Below, in pieces: positions 40,701-47,859 of a stretch of DNA of 64,000 nucleotides; within the stretch, counting starts at the first letter, position 1; each line of letters starts with the position of its first letter. The notes beneath the pieces were generated by a model. It saw only the letters and a list, made by a program, of their open reading frames with translations, had not been told where the DNA came from and searched no databases. The stretch comes from a bacterium (GTDB taxonomy: Bacteria > SZUA-182 > DTGQ01), in assembly GCA_023512255.1 (NCBI GenBank), contig JAILZY010000010.1, forward strand, positions 2,246 to 66,245, in the 5' to 3' direction. Both the position numbers and the translations under genes were made by a program.

Positions 40701-40854
40701 CGCTGATGTTGATGGCAACGGCAGTGTTACTCCGGCTGATGCCCTGTGTCTGTTCAAGAAATACCTGGGTCAGCCTTCTTGTCTGGATAACCTTATTAAG
40801 CTTAATGCTCAAAATAAGGGAACCTTTGCCGTAAGTGGAAAATCAGACGCCTAA
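34729..40854 (+). CDS. Giant secreted protein: beta-propeller, Cys-rich WCxPCP/CCP repeat arrays, two cohesin-like domains, HYR-like domain, C-terminal dockerin
   Basis: ATG 34729 with an AAGGAG RBS; signal/anchor helix; P.I.G..VVW.D.R.GN.DIY.YDL blades (Methanosarcina surface-protein type); IRIQNAPG.....GFEV.Y...LEY.GFERG twice; DTVPPQITCP...VIFTARDKAGNSSSC; GDQNGDGVITPADAL...DVDGNGSVTPADAL. Confidence 0.85.
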   Translation: MSKVKDNWWAKLVSSSCLVLFTIIALSVGCMGIWVSKTEAGGVNLSLSGQAIYPQPVDQEVPEIYGTKVVWMQQGNDYYYKVFLGDLETGTSRQLGSSPAAEKYPAIWENKVIWMDYRSIMDDPTVENKYAYIFKYYDMYGYDLEKNQEFPICTNPEWQGYGDIQKDRVVYADMRTGSPDIFLYDLRSSQEYAICIHPAWQGNPVIYDNYVIWMDERSGNYDIYGLDLATGKEFPICTAADNQAYPAISGTKVVWQDKRSGNDDIYLYDLATKQEIAICTHPGKQQVPDICGNIIVWQDDRNGNWDIYGYDLTTYQEFQITNQSGDETFPAISGDRIVWVDSRSGHKNIYAATLPSGFAPQANNQVRNRESITAASSLGDSITAMSFAASSLASSIATTIAPNIEILIPELIPEITIPAITSPIIEVPKTGPSIIGYENSGCKKEITSTTIRAPEEEKFTYKYQDNILYLFHENASYNCCIEEIAITMEVVGNIINIYEDERLEGGGCRCLCTYDITTKIGCLEPGTYEVKFFNKQTGKLLGVIKEVVIPPIPCLLSAAAPVQKCCPLPCTDPINRCCPYASAVPEQRCVVCPVPWWPCPCSYFDDMEQDTWTFSRGISSSSSISTPLPPPPIQEIDYSTAQYVSPKRSIWAYVASYLETATDASITGAGYRTLGEGAELATASSTSASLAAAANARVSASRSFELCGCENLKLKLSYQIRYSISKINQYLYRRVAVEVMAYDAAGNQMGKRTYVLFRNPIQVLSQEDIDIVLPAQSAWQTLARSLQKDIPIKWCEARKLQVILKAEGYFPAGQGDFVETFWDDLAIEGQNCNIILPCCPLAQAEVGAADALWCRPCPVATTTAASQALWCWPCPVASVDAASADALWCRPCPYEIHMPDGTIRRCCPVATTTAANQALWCWPCPIATGVEVNVQSWCCPLAKAEVDTQVLWCRPCPVATQLDNNLIRWCCPLAKAEVDSQSLWCWPCPYVVEKDGQLTRWCCPVAQNVDTQLWCRPCPYPKATDKELNIYCCPVATATAAGQAMWCRPCPLASDVADEALKLWCCPLAQAEVGAADALWCRPCPVATTTAAGQALWCWPCPVASVDAASADALWCRPCPVPITPLPDNCLIGTVKEIQHHVSVGRSDLKVVDESGNIREISVPLTQAENLKVGDKVKVCIETDKNGEIISITIEKYDPNAQVVPPAQICCPLAQAEVGAADALWCRPCPIASVDAASADALWCRPCPVATTTAAGQALWCWPCPIASVDAASADALWCRPCPYEIHMPDGTIRRCCPVATATAANQALWCRPCPVAYVDAASADALWCRPCPVATTTADGQALWCRPCPVATQLDNNLIRWCCPLAKAEVDSQSLWCWPCPYVVEKDGQLTRWCCPVAQNVDTQLWCRPCPYPKATDKELNIYCCPVATATAAGQAMWCRPCPLASDVADEALKLWCCPLAQAEVGAADALWCRPCPVATTTAAGQALWCWPCPIASVDAASTDALWCPPCPVATTTAAGQALWCRPCPVASVDAASADALWCRPCPVATTTAAGQALWCQPGVVTECLEETSGALDIEGAQADVGDEVKIKIRIQNAPGVVSSFGFEVIYRSDILEYQGFERGNLVLSFPMIDVSPSGPDRLKVGGLSANPIPQGASGSVVVLKFKVIGGVKDECYPLSLENLVDDLVKFSKTGGCLCIKDTVPPQITCPGDRVIGQINSDGTPADDPEVVAFLAEAKAWDAVDGEVAVSATFQFDQTSGVTSTSEPVPGAEIIIDADDQAKIFSGNPLILPPGQTTVIFTARDKAGNSSSCTATITIQPMVCEEDESGQLDIKGTEGRIGEEVKIPIRIQNAPGAISALGFEVSYKPSVLEYVGFERGSLAASFSVFDVNPIASGRLIVGGYSTRGIPQGASGDLLILKFKVKDGMEGGCYPLKLDGLTDDVVNFTASPGCFCIKSCNGDQNGDGVITPADALIVFKCYLGSGPCGDCADVDGNGSVTPADALCLFKKYLGQPSCLDNLIKLNAQNKGTFAVSGKSDA
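37237..39412 (+). repeat. Intragenic shuffled 45-54 bp repeat array, including a ~380-bp exact duplication
   Basis: Recurring ctgtggtg(t/c)(c/t)ggcc.tg.cc core. 37581-37961 appears identical to 38760-39140 (offset 1179). A non-repetitive insert lies at about 38091-38355. Confidence 0.92.
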
Positions 40855-40885
40855 AGATTACTATTAGCTCTGAAGATCAGACAGC

Positions 40886-40923
40886 GAGAGGGCGATCCCA
40901 ACAGGGGCCGCCCTCTCTTTTTT
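40886..40923 (+). terminator. Intrinsic terminator
   Basis: gagagggcg...cgccctctc stem followed by tttttt. Confidence 0.8.
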
Positions 40924-40959
40924 CCCCATCCACAAATTATAAAATCCATGCTCCATATT

Positions 40960-40988
40960 TTGACAAAAAAAGATACTTATGATAAATT
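40960..40988 (+). promoter_or_regulatory. Sigma-70-type promoter
   Basis: TTGACA-17 bp-TAAATT with an extended -10 TG. Confidence 0.55.
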
Positions 40989-41067
40989 TTAGCGGTAAAT
41001 TTTCAAAATCTATAATTAACAACATCAACCAATTAATTACTTTTCCAAAGAGGAAGATAGAATCGGT

Positions 41068-41472
41068 ATGATCATCCAGACAGAGGTATCTTGGCAAAAT
41101 TTTGATTTACCCTCTCTTCTGCAAAGGTTCGAGCAGAAGGAGAGCTATCTGACGGGAAGTATCATTATCCATCGGGGGAAGGTAAAATCTCCGGGCAAGA
41201 AAGTAACTCATCTCTCTTCGGTCATGCTGAAAGAGCGGCTTGAGGGATCTGGCCAACAAGAATTAGCCAAAATCGCAGATGAGGCCGCGGCGAAATTTCC
41301 TCACCTTCAGCAGATTTATATCAACCATAGATTGGGAGAGGCCAAAGTGGGCGATGATATTCTCCTGCTTATTGTTTCGGCTGCGGACCGCAGAAGCGCT
41401 TTTTCCGCTGCCCAATGGATAGTCGATGAAATAAAGAAAGAAAAGATCATTACCTTGACCGAGATAGCCTGA
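41068..41472 (+). CDS. MoaE-like (molybdopterin synthase catalytic subunit family) protein, divergent
   Basis: Motifs GSIIIHRGKVK and HRLGEAKVGDDILLLIVSAADRRSAFSAAQWIVDEIK; lacks the usual C-terminal P(I/F)WKKE. Confidence 0.7.
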   Translation: MIIQTEVSWQNFDLPSLLQRFEQKESYLTGSIIIHRGKVKSPGKKVTHLSSVMLKERLEGSGQQELAKIADEAAAKFPHLQQIYINHRLGEAKVGDDILLLIVSAADRRSAFSAAQWIVDEIKKEKIITLTEIA

Positions 41473-41494
41473 AAAAGCGTGGAGAGATGAAGAC

Positions 41495-42430
41495 ATGGAA
41501 CAGAAAAGGGACTGTCCCAAAACCAAAATACTCATGGTGGATGATGAGCCTACGATTGTAAGCATCTACCAGCACTTATACCAAGAAAATCTGTTCCCTT
41601 GGTTTGATTCGAGAATCACCGTATCAACAGCTAATTCAGGAGATCGGGCTTTAGATCTTCTTCAGAGAGAGCGGTTTGATTTACTGGTTACTGATTTTAA
41701 CCATCCCGGGCCAAGCGGCATCGAGTTTATCGGTGCAGTCAAAAAGATATGCCCTGAGCTACCCATTATTGTCTGCTCTGGACTAAACAGCGTAGGCGCT
41801 CGGATTAAAGAGTTATTCTCTGCCGGGGTGAAGGATTTTCTCTCAAAGCCTTTTCATATCTCCGAGCTTAGTCAGGCAATTTACCGCGTTCTAATCGAGG
41901 ATAAGACAGGCTCATTCTATATAAGGCAATGTATGGCTAGCCTCTGCGGTCATATCTCTTTTCTGCTGGCACCGAAGGCTAAATTGGAATGGGGTCTGAT
42001 ACGGCTCAGCAGACAGCCGGATTCGCTCAAGATTGAAGATTGTAGTGAGGCGCTGATACTGGGGTATAAAATTTCACCTCCGCCATATTTGGCTAAGGCG
42101 GCGGAAGTTATCGGCGATTTTCCCCTAGAGCGGTTTATTTCAGCAACCCTAGAGTGTATTCAAAGGCAAGATGTGGTAGCTTTGGATTTTCCCCCTGTTC
42201 AGATCGTTAACAAAGATGACCATCAGGCCATAACAACCATGAATCTTTCTACCTTGGCTTGCATTCCCCCTCCTCCTCAATTATCAAAGATAGATTGCAT
42301 TCATCTTTTCCCTCACTCTTTTGATTGTTCGCTGCCGGCGAACTGGAGCAATATTCTGAAAGGGGTAAAAAAAGAGCTCTCTTCCTACTTTCACCCTATT
42401 TATGGCCTCACTTATGGCCTCAGCGCATAA
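41495..42430 (+). CDS. Response regulator (receiver + unrecognised C-terminal domain)
   Basis: Motifs ILMVDDEP, DLLVTDFNHPG..G, IIVCSG and DFLSKPF. Confidence 0.8.
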   Translation: MEQKRDCPKTKILMVDDEPTIVSIYQHLYQENLFPWFDSRITVSTANSGDRALDLLQRERFDLLVTDFNHPGPSGIEFIGAVKKICPELPIIVCSGLNSVGARIKELFSAGVKDFLSKPFHISELSQAIYRVLIEDKTGSFYIRQCMASLCGHISFLLAPKAKLEWGLIRLSRQPDSLKIEDCSEALILGYKISPPPYLAKAAEVIGDFPLERFISATLECIQRQDVVALDFPPVQIVNKDDHQAITTMNLSTLACIPPPPQLSKIDCIHLFPHSFDCSLPANWSNILKGVKKELSSYFHPIYGLTYGLSA

Positions 42431-42437
42431 AAAAATC

Positions 42438-45400
42438 ATGCCCGAAAAAAATTCCCCATTCCTCTTATGGTTTTCCTTACTCTTCATCTGCCTCTTCATC
42501 TTCTTTCTCCTTTGCTGTCCAGCCCAGGCAGAGAAGCAGCCTTTGGGCAATGTGCTGCTGATCACCATTGATACCCTGCGGGCAGACCACCTTGGCTGCT
42601 TTGGATATCGGGTTATTCAAACCCCTAATATTGATTCCCTGGCTAGGCAGGGAGTGCTATTTCAGCAGACCTTTACTCCGGTTCCGATTACTCTTCCCTC
42701 ACATGCTTCCATTTTTACCGGCCTCTATCCCTACCAGCACGGAGTCTTGGATAACGGCTCGTTTTCCCTGAAAAAAGAAGCTATCACCCTGGCCGAGATT
42801 CTGAAGAATAGTGGATATAAGACCGCAGCCTTTGTAGGGGCCTTTGTCCTTGATTCGATCTTTGGCCTGGATCAGGGATTTGACGATTACGATGACTATA
42901 TGCCTAAGCAGGATGACCATACGGCTAAGCAGGATAAAGTGATGGCTATTCACTTCGCCGAGCGACCGGCTAGCCAAGTAACCGAGAGAGCCATTTCCTG
43001 GCTCAGGAAGCAGCAGGTGGCAAAAGCCGCGCCTTGCCCCTTTTTCCTCTGGCTCCACTACTTTGAGCCTCATGCACCCTATGAGCCGCCTGAGCCATTT
43101 AAAAGCCGCTACAGCCACTCTGCCTATGATGGGGAAATAGCCGCGGTTGATCATTGGCTCGGTATCTTGGTGCAGGAATTGAAAAGGCTGGGGCTTTTTG
43201 ACAAGATCCTCATTGTGGTTACGGCTGATCATGGAGAGGGGCTGGGGGAGCATCAGGAGAGCACTCACGGAAACTTTCTCTACGATTCCACGCTCAGGGT
43301 ACCTCTTATTTTCAAGCTTCCGCAAAGCCGATTCTTTGGCCTTATCCCAAAGCGGATAAATTCCCTTACTAGAACTATAGATGTTATGCCGACCATTCTT
43401 GACCTGCTTGGACTCTCAGCCCATATCCCGCAAGGGATCGATGGCCAGAGTTTGCTGCCGCTCATTCAGGAGGAGAGAGCCTGGAGCCGAGGAGCCACAG
43501 GGTCGGAAGGAGGCAAAGATTTTGAAGATGTTAAGGGATTTGAAGACCTTAGGGGAAAAGATTTAAAAGGAGACAAGGGGAGAGGAGATAAAAGAGATAG
43601 GAGAGGAGATAAAAGAGACAAAAGAAATGATAGCGATAAAGGAGATGATGGCGCCGGGCGGCGATACCTTTTGTGCGAAACCTATTATCCTTTTTTTCAC
43701 TATGGATGGAGCCCTGAATTTGGTTTGCGTACAGAGGAGTGGAAATATATCGAGGCGCCAAAACCAGAGCTTTATTATCTGAAAGATGATCCGGGAGAGA
43801 GGGTTAATCTCTATGAGCCAAAGCATCCTGTGGTTTCAGAGCTTCGCCTTCGGATGGAGAGGGGGCGAGTTGAGAGGGACCGAGATTTTAGGAAAATTTC
43901 ACCCTCTGCTTCCTCCGCTCCTCCTAAACTCACTCAGTTGATGAGAGAGCAGCTTGCAAGCCTTGGTTATCTTCAGGTCAATAGCTTGTCTTCTTTCGGG
44001 AAATTGGCCAGACTGCCGGATGTCAAGGACAGGGTAGCTGTGCTTCAAGGTATTGATGAGGCAGTTTCGGCCATAAGCCAAGGTAGGTATCAGGAGGCGC
44101 TCGGGAAGCTAACCTCAATCCTTCGCTCTGATTCGGAAAATATTTCCGCGCTCCTCTATCAGGCCTGCCTATATCGCAAGCTGGGCCAGTATCCTTTGGC
44201 CATAGCCGCTTTTAGGAAAATTCTGGCCATAGATCCCACTCATATTGATATTCATAATCACTTGGGCACTATTTACCATGAGATGCACGATCCCAATCAG
44301 GCTATCCGAGAATTTCTCCAGGAGATCAAACTCCACCCCAATCATGTCGAAGCTCATTATAATCTGGCCTTAGAGTATGCTGATCAGGGGAAAATCAAAA
44401 AAGCCCTGGAAAGTGTGCTCTCGGTGCTTCGGCTAGATCAGACCTATGCCGAGGGGTATAATCTGCGGGGCAAGCTCAGGATCCGAGAGGGAAATATAGT
44501 TGGAGCAGAGGAGGATTTTCAAAAGGCGATTGCTCTCTTTCCTGAATGTGCTGATGCTCATAATAATCTTGGTGTTCTCTACGGCCAGCAGGGAAAGCTG
44601 GCTCAGGCAATCAGAGAGCTGACTGTGGCCAAAAGCTTTGATCCTCAGAACGCGGCTATTTTGGTTAACCTAGCTAATGTCTGTCTTCAGCAAAACCAAT
44701 TTAGCTTAGCTGAGGAGCATCTTCAGCAGGCGCTTGTCTTGCAGCCGGCCTCAATTGAGGCAAAAGAGGCGCTCGGCCGCGTTTTCCTTCAGGCGGGGCG
44801 CACCGAAAAGGCTAGGGAGTTGCTAGAGCAGGTAGTGAAAACCTGTCCGCATCGGGCTAAAAGCAGGCTATTGCTTGGCCAGGTTTATACAATCCAGGGT
44901 TTGGGGCCAAATGCCCGAAAAGAATTGGAAGAGGCTATTCGACTCGATCCTCAAGATGAGCAGGCCTATGTTAAGCTGGCTAATCTGCTATTTCAGCAGG
45001 GGGATGTGTCCGCGGCCCTCAGCAGATGGGAAAAGGCCATTAGCCTGAATCCCAAAAATCTTGAGGCTTACCATAACCTTGGGGTTGCCTTATACCAGCA
45101 GGGAAAGATGAGCGAGGCGGTTAAGAGCTGGGAGAGTGCTCTTCGGCTAGATCCCAATTCTGCCGCGGTACGTCTTCATCTTGGCTCGGCTAGGTTTCAG
45201 CAGGGGAAGATCCAAGCGGCTATTTCAGAGTGGAAAAAGGTGTTAGCGATTGAGCCTGGGAACTTTGAGGCCCTATCAAACCTTGGCTCGGCCTATATTA
45301 GGCAGGGAGATGTGGAAGAGGCGAAGCGATATTGGCAAAAAGCGGTAGAGATCAGACCGCAGAGTGCGGATCTACACTTCAATTTAGCTATCCTCTTTTT

Positions 45401-45536
45401 GCAGCAGGGAATGATGGCTGAAGGAGAAAGCGAACTTATCAAAGTGCTCAAGATCAATCCCCACTATCCCAAGGCCCCTGAGCTGCTGGAGAGGGCCAGA
45501 GCAGGGAGGAGGGCCAGAGGGGGGACTTGGCAGTGA
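42438..45536 (+). CDS. Secreted sulfatase-like (alkaline phosphatase superfamily) hydrolase with a long TPR array
   Basis: Motifs NVLLITIDTLRADHLG, TPNIDSLA, ITLPSHASIFTG, HYFEPH.PY and TADHGE; about 14 TPR-like repeats (AH.NLG). Confidence 0.88.
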   Translation: MPEKNSPFLLWFSLLFICLFIFFLLCCPAQAEKQPLGNVLLITIDTLRADHLGCFGYRVIQTPNIDSLARQGVLFQQTFTPVPITLPSHASIFTGLYPYQHGVLDNGSFSLKKEAITLAEILKNSGYKTAAFVGAFVLDSIFGLDQGFDDYDDYMPKQDDHTAKQDKVMAIHFAERPASQVTERAISWLRKQQVAKAAPCPFFLWLHYFEPHAPYEPPEPFKSRYSHSAYDGEIAAVDHWLGILVQELKRLGLFDKILIVVTADHGEGLGEHQESTHGNFLYDSTLRVPLIFKLPQSRFFGLIPKRINSLTRTIDVMPTILDLLGLSAHIPQGIDGQSLLPLIQEERAWSRGATGSEGGKDFEDVKGFEDLRGKDLKGDKGRGDKRDRRGDKRDKRNDSDKGDDGAGRRYLLCETYYPFFHYGWSPEFGLRTEEWKYIEAPKPELYYLKDDPGERVNLYEPKHPVVSELRLRMERGRVERDRDFRKISPSASSAPPKLTQLMREQLASLGYLQVNSLSSFGKLARLPDVKDRVAVLQGIDEAVSAISQGRYQEALGKLTSILRSDSENISALLYQACLYRKLGQYPLAIAAFRKILAIDPTHIDIHNHLGTIYHEMHDPNQAIREFLQEIKLHPNHVEAHYNLALEYADQGKIKKALESVLSVLRLDQTYAEGYNLRGKLRIREGNIVGAEEDFQKAIALFPECADAHNNLGVLYGQQGKLAQAIRELTVAKSFDPQNAAILVNLANVCLQQNQFSLAEEHLQQALVLQPASIEAKEALGRVFLQAGRTEKARELLEQVVKTCPHRAKSRLLLGQVYTIQGLGPNARKELEEAIRLDPQDEQAYVKLANLLFQQGDVSAALSRWEKAISLNPKNLEAYHNLGVALYQQGKMSEAVKSWESALRLDPNSAAVRLHLGSARFQQGKIQAAISEWKKVLAIEPGNFEALSNLGSAYIRQGDVEEAKRYWQKAVEIRPQSADLHFNLAILFLQQGMMAEGESELIKVLKINPHYPKAPELLERARAGRRARGGTWQ

Positions 45537-46186
45537 TCTTGCTTTCCATGACCAATACCTGGGGGACCAATATCTGGGCAACCAATACCCCCAATATCTA
45601 TGTGATCACTATCTATGTAGCTATTTTGCTTTGTGTCTGCACCCTGGTTTTGTTGGCCCCTCTTTCTTTGAAAGTCAACAGTCGTGAGCATGAATATGCC
45701 GTAAGCTTAGGCTGGATATTCCAAATCAGCTCTGAGGCGCCTCAACATCCGACTTGGCTGCGGTTTTCTCTCTTTGGCTGCTCATGGATCAGGGAAATCA
45801 GGTGGCCTGCGAGGTGGGACTTGAGTCAGCTAACCCAAAGCGGGAAGGTATGGATGGGTCGTCTGATTCAGGATGGAGAGACTTTCTTGGCCGTGGCTGC
45901 CAGACTTAAAGGGGCATTTTTCAGCCTAATGCAGCTTGCTAGCCAAAGAGTAGACATCAGCCTAGATGCCTCCGATGCTATGGCCAATGCTATTCTTGGG
46001 ATTATTTTTACTCATTGGACGCTCAGGGGAGTTAGGGTAAGGGTGAATTACTTAGGAGAAAATTGGCTAGTCGGCTACTTCAGGCTCCGTCTGTGGGTAT
46101 TAATCTGGGTAGGTTTAAAATTTTTCCTTTCCCGGCCAGTTTTGAAGCTAGGGAGGGCGGTCTTATGCTCACTAGAGCTTTGGTGA
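45527..46186 (+). CDS. Hypothetical membrane protein (YtfI/DUF2953-like by context)
   Basis: N-terminal TM helix ending LLAPL.LKV; lies directly before a YtfJ/GerW-like gene. Confidence 0.5.
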   Translation: MAVILLSMTNTWGTNIWATNTPNIYVITIYVAILLCVCTLVLLAPLSLKVNSREHEYAVSLGWIFQISSEAPQHPTWLRFSLFGCSWIREIRWPARWDLSQLTQSGKVWMGRLIQDGETFLAVAARLKGAFFSLMQLASQRVDISLDASDAMANAILGIIFTHWTLRGVRVRVNYLGENWLVGYFRLRLWVLIWVGLKFFLSRPVLKLGRAVLCSLELW

Positions 46187-46297
46187 AGAGGCCAGAAAAG
46201 AACCAGAAAAGAATATGAGGAGGCTAGAAAAAATGGTTTTTTCGCTAAGTGCGAGAGCATATCCCAATTATCCAATCAATTTTAGGGGTGTTCAATC

Positions 46298-46326
46298 AAT
46301 TGTAGGGGCGGCCCTTGTGTTCGCCC
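46298..46326 (+). repeat. GTAG-type REP sequence
   Basis: aattGTAGgggcggcccttgtgttcgccc: a GTAG tetranucleotide followed by an imperfect palindrome. Confidence 0.65.
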
Positions 46327-46405
46327 AAAGTGAGTATTTTTCAGCGATAAAACCAGAGAATAATAGAGAACCAAAGAATAATATAGGGGGGATAAAAAGA
46401 TAGAT

Positions 46406-46783
46406 ATGGAAAATCAGACTGTTGAGACGCTGTCCCTTTTATTGCAGGAGTTTCAAAAATATGGAGCTGCCGATAGTGTGATTGGCAAGGAGCTGCATAT
46501 CGGAGAGGTAACCATTGTGCCGATCAGCAAGCTTAGCCTAGGAGTTGGGGCAGGGGCAAGCACAAGCAGTAAAAAGGGAGAGGAGAAGGGGGGAGGATGT
46601 GGGGGCGGGCTTAAAGTGGAGCCGATAGCTTTTTTGGTGGTTCAAAAGGAGCGGGTTTCTCTGCTTGGTTTGGGAAAGAAAGGTCCGCTTGATGCGCTCT
46701 CTGAGCAAATACCGGATTTGATTGACAAATGGATAGGGAAAAGAGCTTCTCCCGCGCCGGCTGACAGAGAGAAGGAAGGGTAA
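46406..46783 (+). CDS. GerW/YtfJ family protein
   Basis: V.G......TIVPISKLSLGVGAG...GGGCGGGLKVEPIAFLVV. Confidence 0.85.
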   Translation: MENQTVETLSLLLQEFQKYGAADSVIGKELHIGEVTIVPISKLSLGVGAGASTSSKKGEEKGGGCGGGLKVEPIAFLVVQKERVSLLGLGKKGPLDALSEQIPDLIDKWIGKRASPAPADREKEG

Positions 46784-46989
46784 ATCTTCTACAATTTTCC
46801 TTCTTGGGTATTGACTGACAAATATGCTATAATCTGAATGAATCTGAATGAATAAAATGGCTGTGCCAGCATGAGTTACATGCTGTCGCTGAAACATCTA
46901 GTTAACTTTAGTATATTTTGGCGGCAGAGGCCTCCCTAAATTATTTCGATCAAGCAAAAATATCCAAAGACATAGAAAGGATAAAAAAA

Positions 46990-47859
46990 ATGCGAGAACA
47001 ACTAAGAAAAGAAATACCAAAGGGAAGATGTTTTTTTTGTAATTCTGTCTTTAGCAAGGCAGCGATGACTAAACACATAACCTCATGCAAGGCCAAGGCA
47101 ACTTCTGAGGCAGCGCTTCAGAAGAGTCGAAGGTCGAGCAAAAATAACAAAAGTTTTCATATCCTGGTTGAGGGGAGGTATCTGCCTGAGTACTGGATGC
47201 ACCTTGAGGTGAAAGCCAAGGCTACTCTGGATGATTTGGATGAATTCCTGAGAGACATTTGGCTTGAGTGCTGTGGGCACATGAGCGCTTTCACCATTGG
47301 GGGGCGAACCTTCATCTCAGGGCCGGAGCGAGAGAGCGGCGAGGAGGGATTTGATATTGAGTTGGACAAACTCCTCACTCCCAAGATAACGTTTTATCAT
47401 GAATACGACTTTGGTACCACCACGGATTTGACTCTGAAGGTCCTGTCAGAGCGGGAAGACAGTACCAGTGAATGGCCGGTTCAATTGCTGGCCAGAAATG
47501 AGGCTCCGCAGATAAACTGTGATATATGCGGAAAACCTGCTACAATGGTATGTACTCAGTGTATTGAAGAGGGTGGATGGCTGTGCAGTGAGTGCGCTGA
47601 GGAGCATGAATGCGGCGAGGATATGCTCCTGCCGGTAACTAATTCCCCGCGGGTTGGAGTGTGCGGATATACTGGAAATGGTGATGATGAGGAGGATGAT
47701 GATCTTGACTGGGAGGATGAAGATGATGAGGGGTTCTTTGATGATGAGGATGATGATTACGGTGAAAATGGTGAGGATGATGATGATTTATTTGCTGATG
47801 ATCTGATGTTTGATGAAGAGGATGAAGAGGATCTATTTGAGGACGATGAAGAAGAGTGA
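46990..47859 (+). CDS. pRiA4b-ORF3/IS1096-passenger TnpR-like zinc-binding protein with an acidic tail
   Basis: Motifs C..C...H...C, TLDDLDEFLRDIWLECCGHMSAF, YDFGTTT, CDICG...C..C...C..C...H.C and NSPRVGVCGYTG; ~60-aa D/E tail. Confidence 0.65.
   Translation: MREQLRKEIPKGRCFFCNSVFSKAAMTKHITSCKAKATSEAALQKSRRSSKNNKSFHILVEGRYLPEYWMHLEVKAKATLDDLDEFLRDIWLECCGHMSAFTIGGRTFISGPERESGEEGFDIELDKLLTPKITFYHEYDFGTTTDLTLKVLSEREDSTSEWPVQLLARNEAPQINCDICGKPATMVCTQCIEEGGWLCSECAEEHECGEDMLLPVTNSPRVGVCGYTGNGDDEEDDDLDWEDEDDEGFFDDEDDDYGENGEDDDDLFADDLMFDEEDEEDLFEDDEEE

Noticed and set aside
46811..46833. TTGACT...TATAAT as a canonical sigma-70 promoter
   Set aside because: The spacer is only 11 bp; at most this is an extended -10 (TGCTATAAT).
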